Source of the DNA: Candidatus Kaiserbacteria bacterium
GTDB lineage: Bacteria > Patescibacteriota > Minisyncoccia > Phycocordibacterales > Phycocordibacteraceae
Length of the DNA stretch: 33,655 nt
Direction: 5' to 3'
Assembly: GCA_011322135.1 (NCBI GenBank)
Contig: DRNP01000005.1
Location: forward strand, 1-33,655
Below, piece by piece: positions 8,145 through 16,397 of the stretch. Both the position numbers and the translations under genes were made by a program. Every line of letters starts with the position of its first letter. The first letter of the stretch is position 1. The notes under the pieces were generated by a model. The model did not search any database. It worked only from the letters and a program-made list of their open reading frames with translations, and was not told where the DNA came from.

Positions 8145-9265
8145 AAACATAATAACGGTTAGGAATATAAAGGAACTCTGTAAGCGAAAGCTTGCTTCAG
8201 TGGCGCTCGGTCGAAATGAGTACAGACACTCATTTCGACCCTCGCTTCTTGAAGTAATTACCTGGTGCAGCACTCGTGAGCAATTGCGAGTGGGAAAACT
8301 TGGCTATATGTTCCCGAATTGTCTTACATTGAATTTTTATTTGATGTGAGCCAACCGACCATGAGGTCGGTAGGTATACAAATCGGGGAACTCGTTGGAA
8401 GCAGCTTGGTCGAAAGACCAAAACTGCGTTTGACCAATGGGGCTGGAAATCTCTTGTGATCTGCATTGAGACATAAAATATGTTTCAAGCACAAGAGACA
8501 ATCAGCAGGGAAGTCGGGTATACTTAATAAATGGTTGGTAATCTTTCTAAACTGCAACACGATATACTTATCGGTCTTATACTTGGAGATGGATATCTCG
8601 AGTTTAATGGCTATAAGGGGACACGGTTGCAGGTAAAACAATCGGAGGAAAAGAAAGAGTATGTATTTTGGTTATATGATCATTTTGCAAAACTCACACG
8701 AACTCCTCCGCAACAACGGCGCGACACAATGCAGTGGTATTTTGGTACACAATTTTTTACGGATTTTGAGGAAATACGAAAGAATTTCTACGTAAATCGT
8801 ATAAAACATGTACCGGAAAATATTACTGAATTGTTTCAATCGCCACTAACACTTGCTGTATGGTTCATGGATGATGGACGACTTGACTATAGAGTAAAGT
8901 CACATTATGCCTACCATATCAGTACTGATTCTTTCACAGAGTCAGAGGTGCGACAGTTGCAAGTATTGTTACAAGAAAGATTCGGCATAACAGCAAAAAC
9001 TTATTTGTCGTTATGTCGAGGGAAGCGATATCCGAAGCTTTATATTGGAAAAGAAGGACGTGACATGTTTACAAAAACAGTTGCGCCATATATTCTCCCT
9101 TGCTTCAGTTACAAACTTCCACCAAATATGGAAAGTATATCTTGACCCCTCAGAGACTACACGCCGAGCTCCAATTCTAGTGTGAAAATTAGAATTGGAT
9201 GATGATATAGTCCGATCCTCATAGCGATGTGAGGGCATGTCCAAGCGACATGCCACAACAAGATG
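8145..9265 (+). mobile_element. Group I intron (IB-like) at 16S position ~516, with homing endonuclease in L6
   Basis: Removing 8145-9265 restores ctaactctgt|gccagcaggagcggtaa. The 5' exon ends in U and the intron ends in G. IGS ctggtgcag (8262-8270) pairs with exon CUGU (P1) and GCCAG (P10). P3 cttggc/gccgag, Q aatcagcagg (8500), R ctcagagactac (9149), S gatatagtcc (9204); P8 and P9 hairpins present. Confidence 0.95.
8531..9145 (+). CDS. Intron-encoded LAGLIDADG homing endonuclease (two-motif, LAGLIDADG_2-like)
   Basis: ILIGLILGDGYL and LAVWFMDDG motifs, KEYVFWLY, ISTDSFT, PYILPCFSYKL; lies between Q and R of the intron. Confidence 0.93.
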   Translation: MVGNLSKLQHDILIGLILGDGYLEFNGYKGTRLQVKQSEEKKEYVFWLYDHFAKLTRTPPQQRRDTMQWYFGTQFFTDFEEIRKNFYVNRIKHVPENITELFQSPLTLAVWFMDDGRLDYRVKSHYAYHISTDSFTESEVRQLQVLLQERFGITAKTYLSLCRGKRYPKLYIGKEGRDMFTKTVAPYILPCFSYKLPPNMESIS

Positions 9266-9293
9266 GCCAGCAGGAGCGGTAATACAGAGGCCC

Positions 9294-9326
<33 letters not shown>

Positions 9327-10410
9327 TGTCTAGGCGGTCATATTAGTCTTTTGTAAAATCCGGGGGCTCAACCTCCGACCTGCAAGAGAAACGGTATGAC
9401 TAGAGGATATGAGAGGTACAGGGAACTCATGGTGTAGGGGTGAAATCCGTTGATATCATGGGGAACACCAAAGGCGAAGGCACTGTACTGGCATATTCCT
9501 GACGCTCACACACGAAAGCCAGGGTAGCGAAGAGGATTAGATACCCTCGTAGTCCTGGCCCTAAACGCTGCTCGCTCGCTTTACGGAGTATCGACCCTCT
9601 GTGAGGCTAAGCTAACGCGGTAAGCGAGCCGCCTGGGTAGTACGAGCGCAAGCTTAAAACTCAAAGGAATAGACGGGGACTCGCACAAGCGGTGGATCAT
9701 GTGGCTTAATTCGTAGCTAAACGAAGAACCTTACCAAGGCTAGAAACCCAACTGCACGCTTCCCGAAAGGGAAGAATCCTTCGAGGGTGTTGGGCAGGTG
9801 ATGCATGGTCGTCGTCAGTTCGTGGTTTGAACTGTTCCCTTCAGTGGGATAACGAACGCAACCCCCGTTGCCTGTTATATATGTCAGGCGAGACTGCTCC
9901 CTCACGGGAGAGGAAGGTGGGGATGACGCCAGATCAGCATGTCCCTTGATGCCTTGGGCTGCACACGTGATACAATGGTTGGTACAGAAAGATGCAATAC
10001 CGTAAGGTGGAGCAAATCTCGAAAACCAGCCTCAGTACGGATTGAGGTCTGCAACCGACCTCATGAAGATGGAATCGCTAGTAATCGTGGGTCAGCTATA
10101 CCACGGTGAATACGTTCTCGAGTCTTGTACTCACCGCCCGTCAAGTCAAGGGAGCTGGGGGTACCCGAAATTCCACCTTGCGTGGAACTACGGTAAATTC
10201 AGTAACAAGGACTAAGTCGTAACAAGGCACGGCTAGCGGAAGCTGGTCGTGGATCATATCCGAATGGAATTGATGACTTTGAAAAAAGCATCTTGTCGAT
10301 TATGTATCTTCGGATACATAGAGGAATGACACTCACCTCTAAATGGTGTCCGGAAGCCGGAATGCCGTTACCGGTGCTCCTCGGAGTGCTCATATGACAC
10401 TCCGAAGAGC

Positions 10411-10437
10411 GAATAGGCGGAACGCAAGAGAACACAT
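10411..10437 (+). other. 3' arm of the pre-16S processing stem
   Basis: Complementary to 7659-7685 (26/27). Confidence 0.85.
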
Positions 10438-10439
10438 AC

Positions 10440-10470
10440 AAAAAGCGCGCGACTACGTCGCGTGTTTTTT
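10440..10470 (+). terminator. Intrinsic terminator closing the 16S transcript
   Basis: aaaaagcgcgcgac-tac-gtcgcgtgtttttt: GC stem followed by a U tract. Confidence 0.85.
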
Positions 10471-10616
10471 GGTGCAGTTGAAAAAAATATGACATGTTTC
10501 AATAGCTACATCTAAATGGGGGTTTTGTACCTATTCAGGGGTACAAGACCAGATAACTCAATTATTAAGAGTTTAGTATTACAACTATTTTGAACTGTGG
10601 CCTTGTGAGCGGAAAA

Positions 10617-10641
10617 GTGAGTGAGGTTAAACCTCACTCAC
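10617..10641. repeat. Perfect 12-bp inverted repeat, 1-nt loop, intergenic
   Basis: gtgagtgaggtt-a-aacctcactcac. Confidence 0.9.
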
Positions 10642-10813
10642 CTAATAAATAAGTAAGATTGATTTTATATAAAATATAACAAGCACAAGTGTGAAAGTTT
10701 AATATTTACTCTCTTGTGTGCTGAATAAACGATGTTATTTTCGTAGGGAAAATCATGTTGATACTCCTTAGAACTGGCATCACATCTAAATATTTGTTAG
10801 TATCGGCTGATAT

Positions 10814-10887
10814 GCGAGTGTAGCTCAGGTGGTTAGAGCACTCCCCTGATAAGGGAGAGGTCCCAGGTTCGAGTCCTGGCACTCGCA
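10814..10887 (+). tRNA. tRNA-Ile (GAU); CCA not encoded
   Basis: Acceptor gcgagtg/cactcgc, D arm tagctcaggtggttagagca, anticodon arm ctccc-ctGATaa-gggag, T arm ccaggttcgagtcctgg; possible extended -10 TGtTAGTAT at 10795-10803. Confidence 0.97.
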
Positions 10888-10929
10888 CAAAAATAACGAG
10901 CACGATGCGGATGCATCGGGCGAATGTAT

Positions 10930-11091
10930 TTTTGTAGCGTGTGACGGACTCGAACCGAGTCGTCGCGAAGCCAGGCGAGCAAAGCGAGCCTGTGACGACG
11001 AGTGGGGGTAGAGGGAGCGAGGTTTTTATGAACGCAAAGCGTGAAATAAAAACCCGCGAGAGTGACCGAGTCCTAAACAATGCAGGCACCA
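10930..11091 (+). ncRNA. Putative tRNA-linked structured element (anti-tRNA 5' segment, branched helices, tRNA-like 3' end)
   Basis: ggactcg (10946) pairs with cgagtcc (11067), enclosing the gtcgtcgc/gtgacgac and ggtttttat/ataaaaacc arms; ends in ..cacca. Confidence 0.5.
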
Positions 11092-11218
11092 AAAATAAAA
11101 TAAAGAAAGCATGAAGGTGCGTTTGTGTCGCGCTCGCTTCGCTCGCGCGATTTGTGCATACAAAACTTTTCCACTGTACAAAGGTATGGACAACTCAGCA
11201 TTACTGTATACTAAAGAT

Positions 11219-11737
11219 ATGAAAAAAGATTTACTTATCCTTGCTGGAATATCAATTGGTGCTATTGCACTTGGTTCTGTTCTATTTATTTATGGGTACA
11301 ATTCAAGTGAGTCTCTTGCATCCGGTAACGCGTCATCTGAGCTTGCTGTTGTTACGAGAGGAGTAAATGCACCTGTAGTTGCCAGAAAAAACTTTGTCAT
11401 TAAAAATGAAAAGGACTTAAAAAAATTATGGGCTTTTTTGTATGGAGATACTCCCACCACCCCAAAGTTACCGTCAGTTGATTTTTCGCGTCAGGAAGTT
11501 ATTGCTGTGTTTGCCGGTGAAAAACCGACAGGAGGGTACGTCATCTCGGTATCCGGTATAAAGAATTCTTCAAGTCATCGTGTCGTTGTCGTAACGATAG
11601 ATGAACCTGATCCTGCCTGTAATGCAAAAAAAGAGCAGACAAGCCCGTACGAAATTGTAACGATACCATCTTCAACGTTACCGCTCACTCACAAGGATAC
11701 TGTCATGACAAAGACTTGTACGGGTTCGCAAAGCTAG
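11219..11737 (+). CDS. Membrane-anchored PrcB C-terminal domain protein
   Basis: N-terminal TM helix, LPSVDFSRQEVIAVFAGEKPTGGYVISV, TSPYEIV. Start MKKDLL lies 6 nt after a TATACT box. Confidence 0.75.
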   Translation: MKKDLLILAGISIGAIALGSVLFIYGYNSSESLASGNASSELAVVTRGVNAPVVARKNFVIKNEKDLKKLWAFLYGDTPTTPKLPSVDFSRQEVIAVFAGEKPTGGYVISVSGIKNSSSHRVVVVTIDEPDPACNAKKEQTSPYEIVTIPSSTLPLTHKDTVMTKTCTGSQS

Positions 11738-11842
11738 TACAAAGTTTTGTTTGGTGTAGAACCGGTCATTTTTTGTAGGTCTAATTTAAAGATATATAAT
11801 CAGTAATATCAGATATCTGATTTTCTGGTATTCTATATGTAT

Positions 11843-13159
11843 ATGGATGTATCTTCTTTTTTTCATGGTAAGCGCATAACAGTGATGGGTTTGGGGCTTC
11901 TCGGGCGTGGTGTGGGAGATGTGAAATATCTTGCGGAGAGTGGAGCAGAGCTTATAGTTACCGATTTAAAATCGAAAGAACAACTTGCCGAGTCACTGGA
12001 GCAGCTAAAGTCTTTCCCGGATATTACTTTTGTTCTCGGAGAGCATAAGCTCGAAGATTTTCGAGACCGCGACTTTATACTGAAAGCGGCGGGTGTCCCC
12101 ATTGATTCTCCTTATATTGATGAAGCGAGAAAAAATAATATTTCGGTTAGGATGAGCGCGGATCTTTTCATGGAACTTTCAGGAGTTACATCTATAGGCA
12201 TTACAGGCACGCGAGGTAAATCTACCGTTACGCACATGCTTTATGAGATACTTAAAGAAAGCGGTATAAAAGTATTGCTTGGTGGAAATGTACGCGGAGT
12301 TTCAACTCTATCGCTTTTATCAGAAGCAACTCCCGAACACATAGCTGTGCTTGAGCTCGATTCATGGCAATGTCAGGGTCTTGGTGAAGCTAATATTTCA
12401 GCAGAGACCGCAGTATTTACAACTTTTTATCCGGACCATACAAATTATTATAAAAATGATAAAGGTAAATATCTTGCAGATAAATCAAATATTTTTTTGT
12501 ACCAGAGTCCGGACGATATTTTTGTAATGGGAAGCCAGTGTGCCCCGATACTTATTGAGGCGTACGGCGAGCACATTGTTGGGAATACAGTTATTGCAGA
12601 TGAAAATACCCTGCCAAAGGATTGGAAGCTTGCAATTCCGGGGAAACACAATCGCTATGATGCCGGAATCGCGCTCGCTGTCGCTCGCGCGCAAAATGTC
12701 GATGATAGTGTCAGTAAAAGAGTGCTTGAAAATTTCAATGGCGTACCTGGTCGACTTGAGAAAATTGCGGAAAAAAATGGGGTTGTATTTTACAATGACA
12801 CAACAGCAACAACGCCGGAGGCAACTCTCTCTGCGCTATCGGCACTGAATCCGAAACACACTGTATTGATTATGGGCGGTTCTGATAAAGAGCTGGACAT
12901 GAGTATTCTTTCTGCAAAACTTCCGGAAGTAAAATATGTCGCATTTCTCGCAGGAAGTGGCACAAATTTAATGCACGTAGATTTTCCGAACACCAAAATA
13001 TTTGATTCTCTAAAAGAAGCTTTTGCAGACGCACTATCACATGCTTCTAGTGGAGATTCTGTTATTCTTTCGCCGGCTTTCGCATCTTTCGGAATGTTTG
13101 AAAATGAATTTGACCGCGGTGATAAGTTTGTGGAGATTGTAAAAGAATACACTGCATGA
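11843..13159 (+). CDS. murD: UDP-N-acetylmuramoyl-L-alanine--D-glutamate ligase
   Basis: VMGLGLLGRG, GITGTRGKST, LGGNVRG, LELDSWQ, YNDTTATTP, LIMGGSDK, LSPAFASFGMFENEFDRG; start 11837 or 11843. Confidence 0.95.
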   Translation: MDVSSFFHGKRITVMGLGLLGRGVGDVKYLAESGAELIVTDLKSKEQLAESLEQLKSFPDITFVLGEHKLEDFRDRDFILKAAGVPIDSPYIDEARKNNISVRMSADLFMELSGVTSIGITGTRGKSTVTHMLYEILKESGIKVLLGGNVRGVSTLSLLSEATPEHIAVLELDSWQCQGLGEANISAETAVFTTFYPDHTNYYKNDKGKYLADKSNIFLYQSPDDIFVMGSQCAPILIEAYGEHIVGNTVIADENTLPKDWKLAIPGKHNRYDAGIALAVARAQNVDDSVSKRVLENFNGVPGRLEKIAEKNGVVFYNDTTATTPEATLSALSALNPKHTVLIMGGSDKELDMSILSAKLPEVKYVAFLAGSGTNLMHVDFPNTKIFDSLKEAFADALSHASSGDSVILSPAFASFGMFENEFDRGDKFVEIVKEYTA

Positions 13160-13923
13160 TCGGTCTTTTTGATTCCGGATCAGGAGGATTGTCTGTATTG
13201 CGTGAAGTTCATAAGCATTTGCCGGAAGCGGACATACTTTATCTTGGTGACATAAAAAATGCTCCATATGGAGAAAAAGCACCTGAAAAATTGTTTACGC
13301 TTACAATAAACGCGATACGTTTTTTACAGAGCAGTGGTGCTTCGAGTATTATTTCAGCATGTAACAGTGTTTCGGCTTCTTTAGTTGTATCACTTTTTGA
13401 TACTTTAAATCTAGAGAATAATCATCTGATAGAGATGGTTGGTCCTACTGTAAGTTATTTTCGTAACAATGATGAAAGTGTTTTTGTATGTGCGACTCCG
13501 GCAACTGTTCGAGCAGGTCTTTATAGAAACGGTTTTAACATGATAGGAAAAACTTTTTCGGAAGTTGTTATCCCCGGGCTTGCAAGCGCCATTGAGTTTG
13601 GTGCAACAGATATGGAAATTGAAAGAATTATAAGGAACTCATTTAAGGGAGTGTCTTATAATTCTTTTGATACTCTTGTGCTCGGTTGCACACATTATCC
13701 GCTCGTAACACATATATTCGAAAGAGTGTTTGGAGATAGCATAAGAATATTCAATCCGGCGGAAGCTGTAGCGAATCGAGCAAAAGAGAGATTTTTAAAA
13801 ACCGAAAAAGGAAATGGTATTTTAAGGTTTGCAATTACAAAAGATTCGGAATTGTTTCGTACACGAGTAGCTGAATTTTTCCCGGAAAATGTAGGTACTG
13901 TGGAAGTGGTATCTATGAAATAG
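13156..13923 (+). CDS. murI: Glutamate racemase
   Basis: IGLFDSGSGGLSV, APYGEK, and both catalytic cysteines in ACNS and LGCTHYP. Confidence 0.95.
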   Translation: MIGLFDSGSGGLSVLREVHKHLPEADILYLGDIKNAPYGEKAPEKLFTLTINAIRFLQSSGASSIISACNSVSASLVVSLFDTLNLENNHLIEMVGPTVSYFRNNDESVFVCATPATVRAGLYRNGFNMIGKTFSEVVIPGLASAIEFGATDMEIERIIRNSFKGVSYNSFDTLVLGCTHYPLVTHIFERVFGDSIRIFNPAEAVANRAKERFLKTEKGNGILRFAITKDSELFRTRVAEFFPENVGTVEVVSMK

Positions 13924-14038
13924 TATTGATTTCATAAAATATCTTTTAGTCGGTATTTTTATTATATTTTGTGTTTGGTGGTAGAGTAGTGTTAGTGGAT
14001 GTTGCCACGCGATGTAGTTTTTAATTGTATAAAAATAT

Positions 14039-15346
14039 ATGGATAAATTGATTTTCAATAAAATCAAAAAAGCTTATTTTATAGGTATTGGTGGCATCGG
14101 TATGAGTGCGTTGGCACAGCTGTTTAAACATAATGGCATTGTTGTTGCAGGTTCTGACCGAGAGAGTAGTCCCGTAACAAATCTACTGGAGCAAAAAGGA
14201 ATCGTTGTTACTTTTGGGCAGAGAATAGATAACGTACAAAAAGATGCGGACGTTATTGTTTACAGTGATGCGATAGAAGATGCGGAGCCGGATTTTATGA
14301 ATTCTGTTCGAGCGCTCGGTATCCCGACACGTTCTTATTTCCAGATGCTCGGTGCAGTGTCTGCGGAAAAGCGTACGTTTGCTGTCGCCGGAACGCATGG
14401 GAAAACAACCACCACTGGCATGCTGGCAAAAATACTTATTGACGCAGGCGTAGCTCCGACCGTTGTCGTCGGTAGTATTGTAAAAGATTTCGGGAGCAAC
14501 TACGTGGCGGGGAGCTCGAATAATTTTGTGGTAGAGGCGTGTGAGTACCACAATCATTTGTTGGAGTTTTCTCCGGAAGTTCTTGTAATAAATAATCTCG
14601 AGTGGGATCACACGGATTTTTTCCCGACACTTTCAGATTTACAAGAAACGTTCCGTAAAGCAATTTCAAAAGTACCTGCTAACGGTGTTATTGTAACCGA
14701 TATAAAAAATCCAAATATCGCTCCGCTTTTGGCATCTGTAGAAGCCGGTCGGGTTATAGATTACACAAAAGAGCCGGAGTACGCTCTTTTGTTACCGGGT
14801 GAGTTCAATCAGATGAATGCCAGAGCGGCTTCTGCAGCAGCACGTATCGCCATACCGAATATTACAGACGAAGCTATCGAGTCATCGCTTAAGACTTTTC
14901 ATGGTACGTGGCGCAGGTTTGAATACAAAGGGAAGACAATGCAAGGTGCAGATGTCTACGATGACTATGCGCATCACCCGACGGCAATTAAAAAGACAAT
15001 ACATGCACTTCGAGAAAAAACAACCGGAAAAGTTTTTGTTGCATTTCACCCGCATCTTTTTAGTCGCACGCGAGACCTTTTTGAAGATTTTGCAAATGCT
15101 TTTGGTGAAGCGGACAAAGTATTCATTGCTCCGATTTATTCCGCGCGCGAAAAAGATGACGGTACTGTTTCAAACGAAACACTCGCTTCTCGCATTTGTG
15201 AAAATGGAGTTGATGCGAAGGCGCTTGATTTTGACGAAATAAAAGCGGAGTTTTTAAAAGCAAAACAAGGAGATGTCGTTATGACAATGGGTGCAGGTGA
15301 TATTTATAAAGTGGCGGATAATATTGTTTCAAATAAATATGAATAA
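14039..15346 (+). CDS. murC: UDP-N-acetylmuramate--L-alanine ligase
   Basis: FIGIGGIGMSALA, VAGTHGKTTTT, VEACEY, DDYAHHPT, FHPHLFSRT, TMGAGDI. Confidence 0.95.
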   Translation: MDKLIFNKIKKAYFIGIGGIGMSALAQLFKHNGIVVAGSDRESSPVTNLLEQKGIVVTFGQRIDNVQKDADVIVYSDAIEDAEPDFMNSVRALGIPTRSYFQMLGAVSAEKRTFAVAGTHGKTTTTGMLAKILIDAGVAPTVVVGSIVKDFGSNYVAGSSNNFVVEACEYHNHLLEFSPEVLVINNLEWDHTDFFPTLSDLQETFRKAISKVPANGVIVTDIKNPNIAPLLASVEAGRVIDYTKEPEYALLLPGEFNQMNARAASAAARIAIPNITDEAIESSLKTFHGTWRRFEYKGKTMQGADVYDDYAHHPTAIKKTIHALREKTTGKVFVAFHPHLFSRTRDLFEDFANAFGEADKVFIAPIYSAREKDDGTVSNETLASRICENGVDAKALDFDEIKAEFLKAKQGDVVMTMGAGDIYKVADNIVSNKYE

Positions 15347-16016
15347 ACTTTCGATAGTTGCAACGCCGATAGGAAATCTGGGAGATATCACATTGCGCGC
15401 TCTCGATATTCTTCGAGAAACCGATGTGATTGCTTGCGAAGACACTCGTGTGACGGCAAAACTTCTCGCGCATTATAATATAAAAAAACCGTTGGTTATT
15501 TTTCATGCAAGGAATGCGCGTGTTGCTGGGGTGCGCATTTTAGAGCTTTTATCAGAAGGGAAAAATATCGCACTTGTTACAGACGCAGGAACCCCGGGGG
15601 TGTCCGACCCCGGTTCGGCGCTCGTCGGGCTAGTGCGCTCAAAGTTGCCCGATATTGTTATTGAAGCAATCCCCGGAGCTTCGGCTCTCGTTACCGCGCT
15701 TTCCGTTTCGGGAGTTCAGATTTCAGAGTTTACTTTTTTGGGATTTTTACCGCACAAAAAAGGACGGCAAACACTTTTTGCTGAAATAGCGGAAGCGTCG
15801 AGAGCATATGTATTTTACGAATCACCTCATCGAATAGAAAAGGCATTAGCTTCACTTGTCGACGTCCTTTCTGAAGAACGTCGTATTGTGGTTGCGCGAG
15901 AACTTACAAAAATATACGAGAGTGTGGTGTCTGGAAGCGCTTTGGAAGTTTCATCATATTTTAGCAGTCACCCAGACGAAGTACGTGGTGAGTTTGTAGT
16001 CATTGTTGCTCCGTAG
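15339..16016 (+). CDS. rsmI: 16S rRNA (C1402-2'-O)-methyltransferase
   Basis: VATPIGNLGDITLRA, ACEDTR, DAGTPGVSDPG, YESPHR, ARELTKIYE, GEFV; start MNKLSIV at 15339. Confidence 0.95.
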   Translation: MNKLSIVATPIGNLGDITLRALDILRETDVIACEDTRVTAKLLAHYNIKKPLVIFHARNARVAGVRILELLSEGKNIALVTDAGTPGVSDPGSALVGLVRSKLPDIVIEAIPGASALVTALSVSGVQISEFTFLGFLPHKKGRQTLFAEIAEASRAYVFYESPHRIEKALASLVDVLSEERRIVVARELTKIYESVVSGSALEVSSYFSSHPDEVRGEFVVIVAP

Positions 16017-16028
16017 TAAACTATTTTT

Positions 16029-16232
16029 ATGTCAGCAGAAAGCACACTTATTTTAGCGGGGGTTCTTGTGTTACTCACACGTTTCCTGGGACTTCCATCA
16101 GAATGGTACGTTTATATTTATTCGGCACTCGGTATCGTCATAATAAGTATTGGAATCATGTTGCACTTGCGTCGTTCAGAGCGTAAGGCAAAACGTTTTA
16201 CAGATGAACATACAAAAGAAAAAGACGCGTAA
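16029..16232 (+). CDS. Small two-TM hypothetical membrane protein
   Basis: Two hydrophobic segments separated by FLGLPSEW, then a basic tail. Confidence 0.65.
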   Translation: MSAESTLILAGVLVLLTRFLGLPSEWYVYIYSALGIVIISIGIMLHLRRSERKAKRFTDEHTKEKDA

Positions 16233-16397
16233 CCCAAAGCTATAAGATGTATCTCGCATAGTGCGTCCAAATAATTGAGGAATACATACATAAGTGATGT
16301 GTGAAAATATCAAGTCTCCATATAGCGCAGTGACAATGATGTCTAAAAGTGTTATTTAAATATTTTTTGCACGCCTTTGTGCGTTATAATTAACATA

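Noticed and set aside
8310-8441. Possible second nested intron (twintron)
   Set aside because: No second set of P7 (R/S) elements or group II domain V found; kept only as extra peripheral helices.
10706-11092. 128-aa minus-strand ORF
   Set aside because: Contains VRVPGLEPGTSPLSGECSNHLSY, the typical antisense translation of a tRNA.
11808-11821. 14-bp palindrome atcagatatctgat upstream of murD
   Set aside because: Could be an operator, but it is short, AT-rich and single-copy, so it cannot be supported.
15588-15616. GC-rich imperfect inverted repeat in rsmI
   Set aside because: Imperfect and explained by the conserved DAGTPGVSDPG codons.
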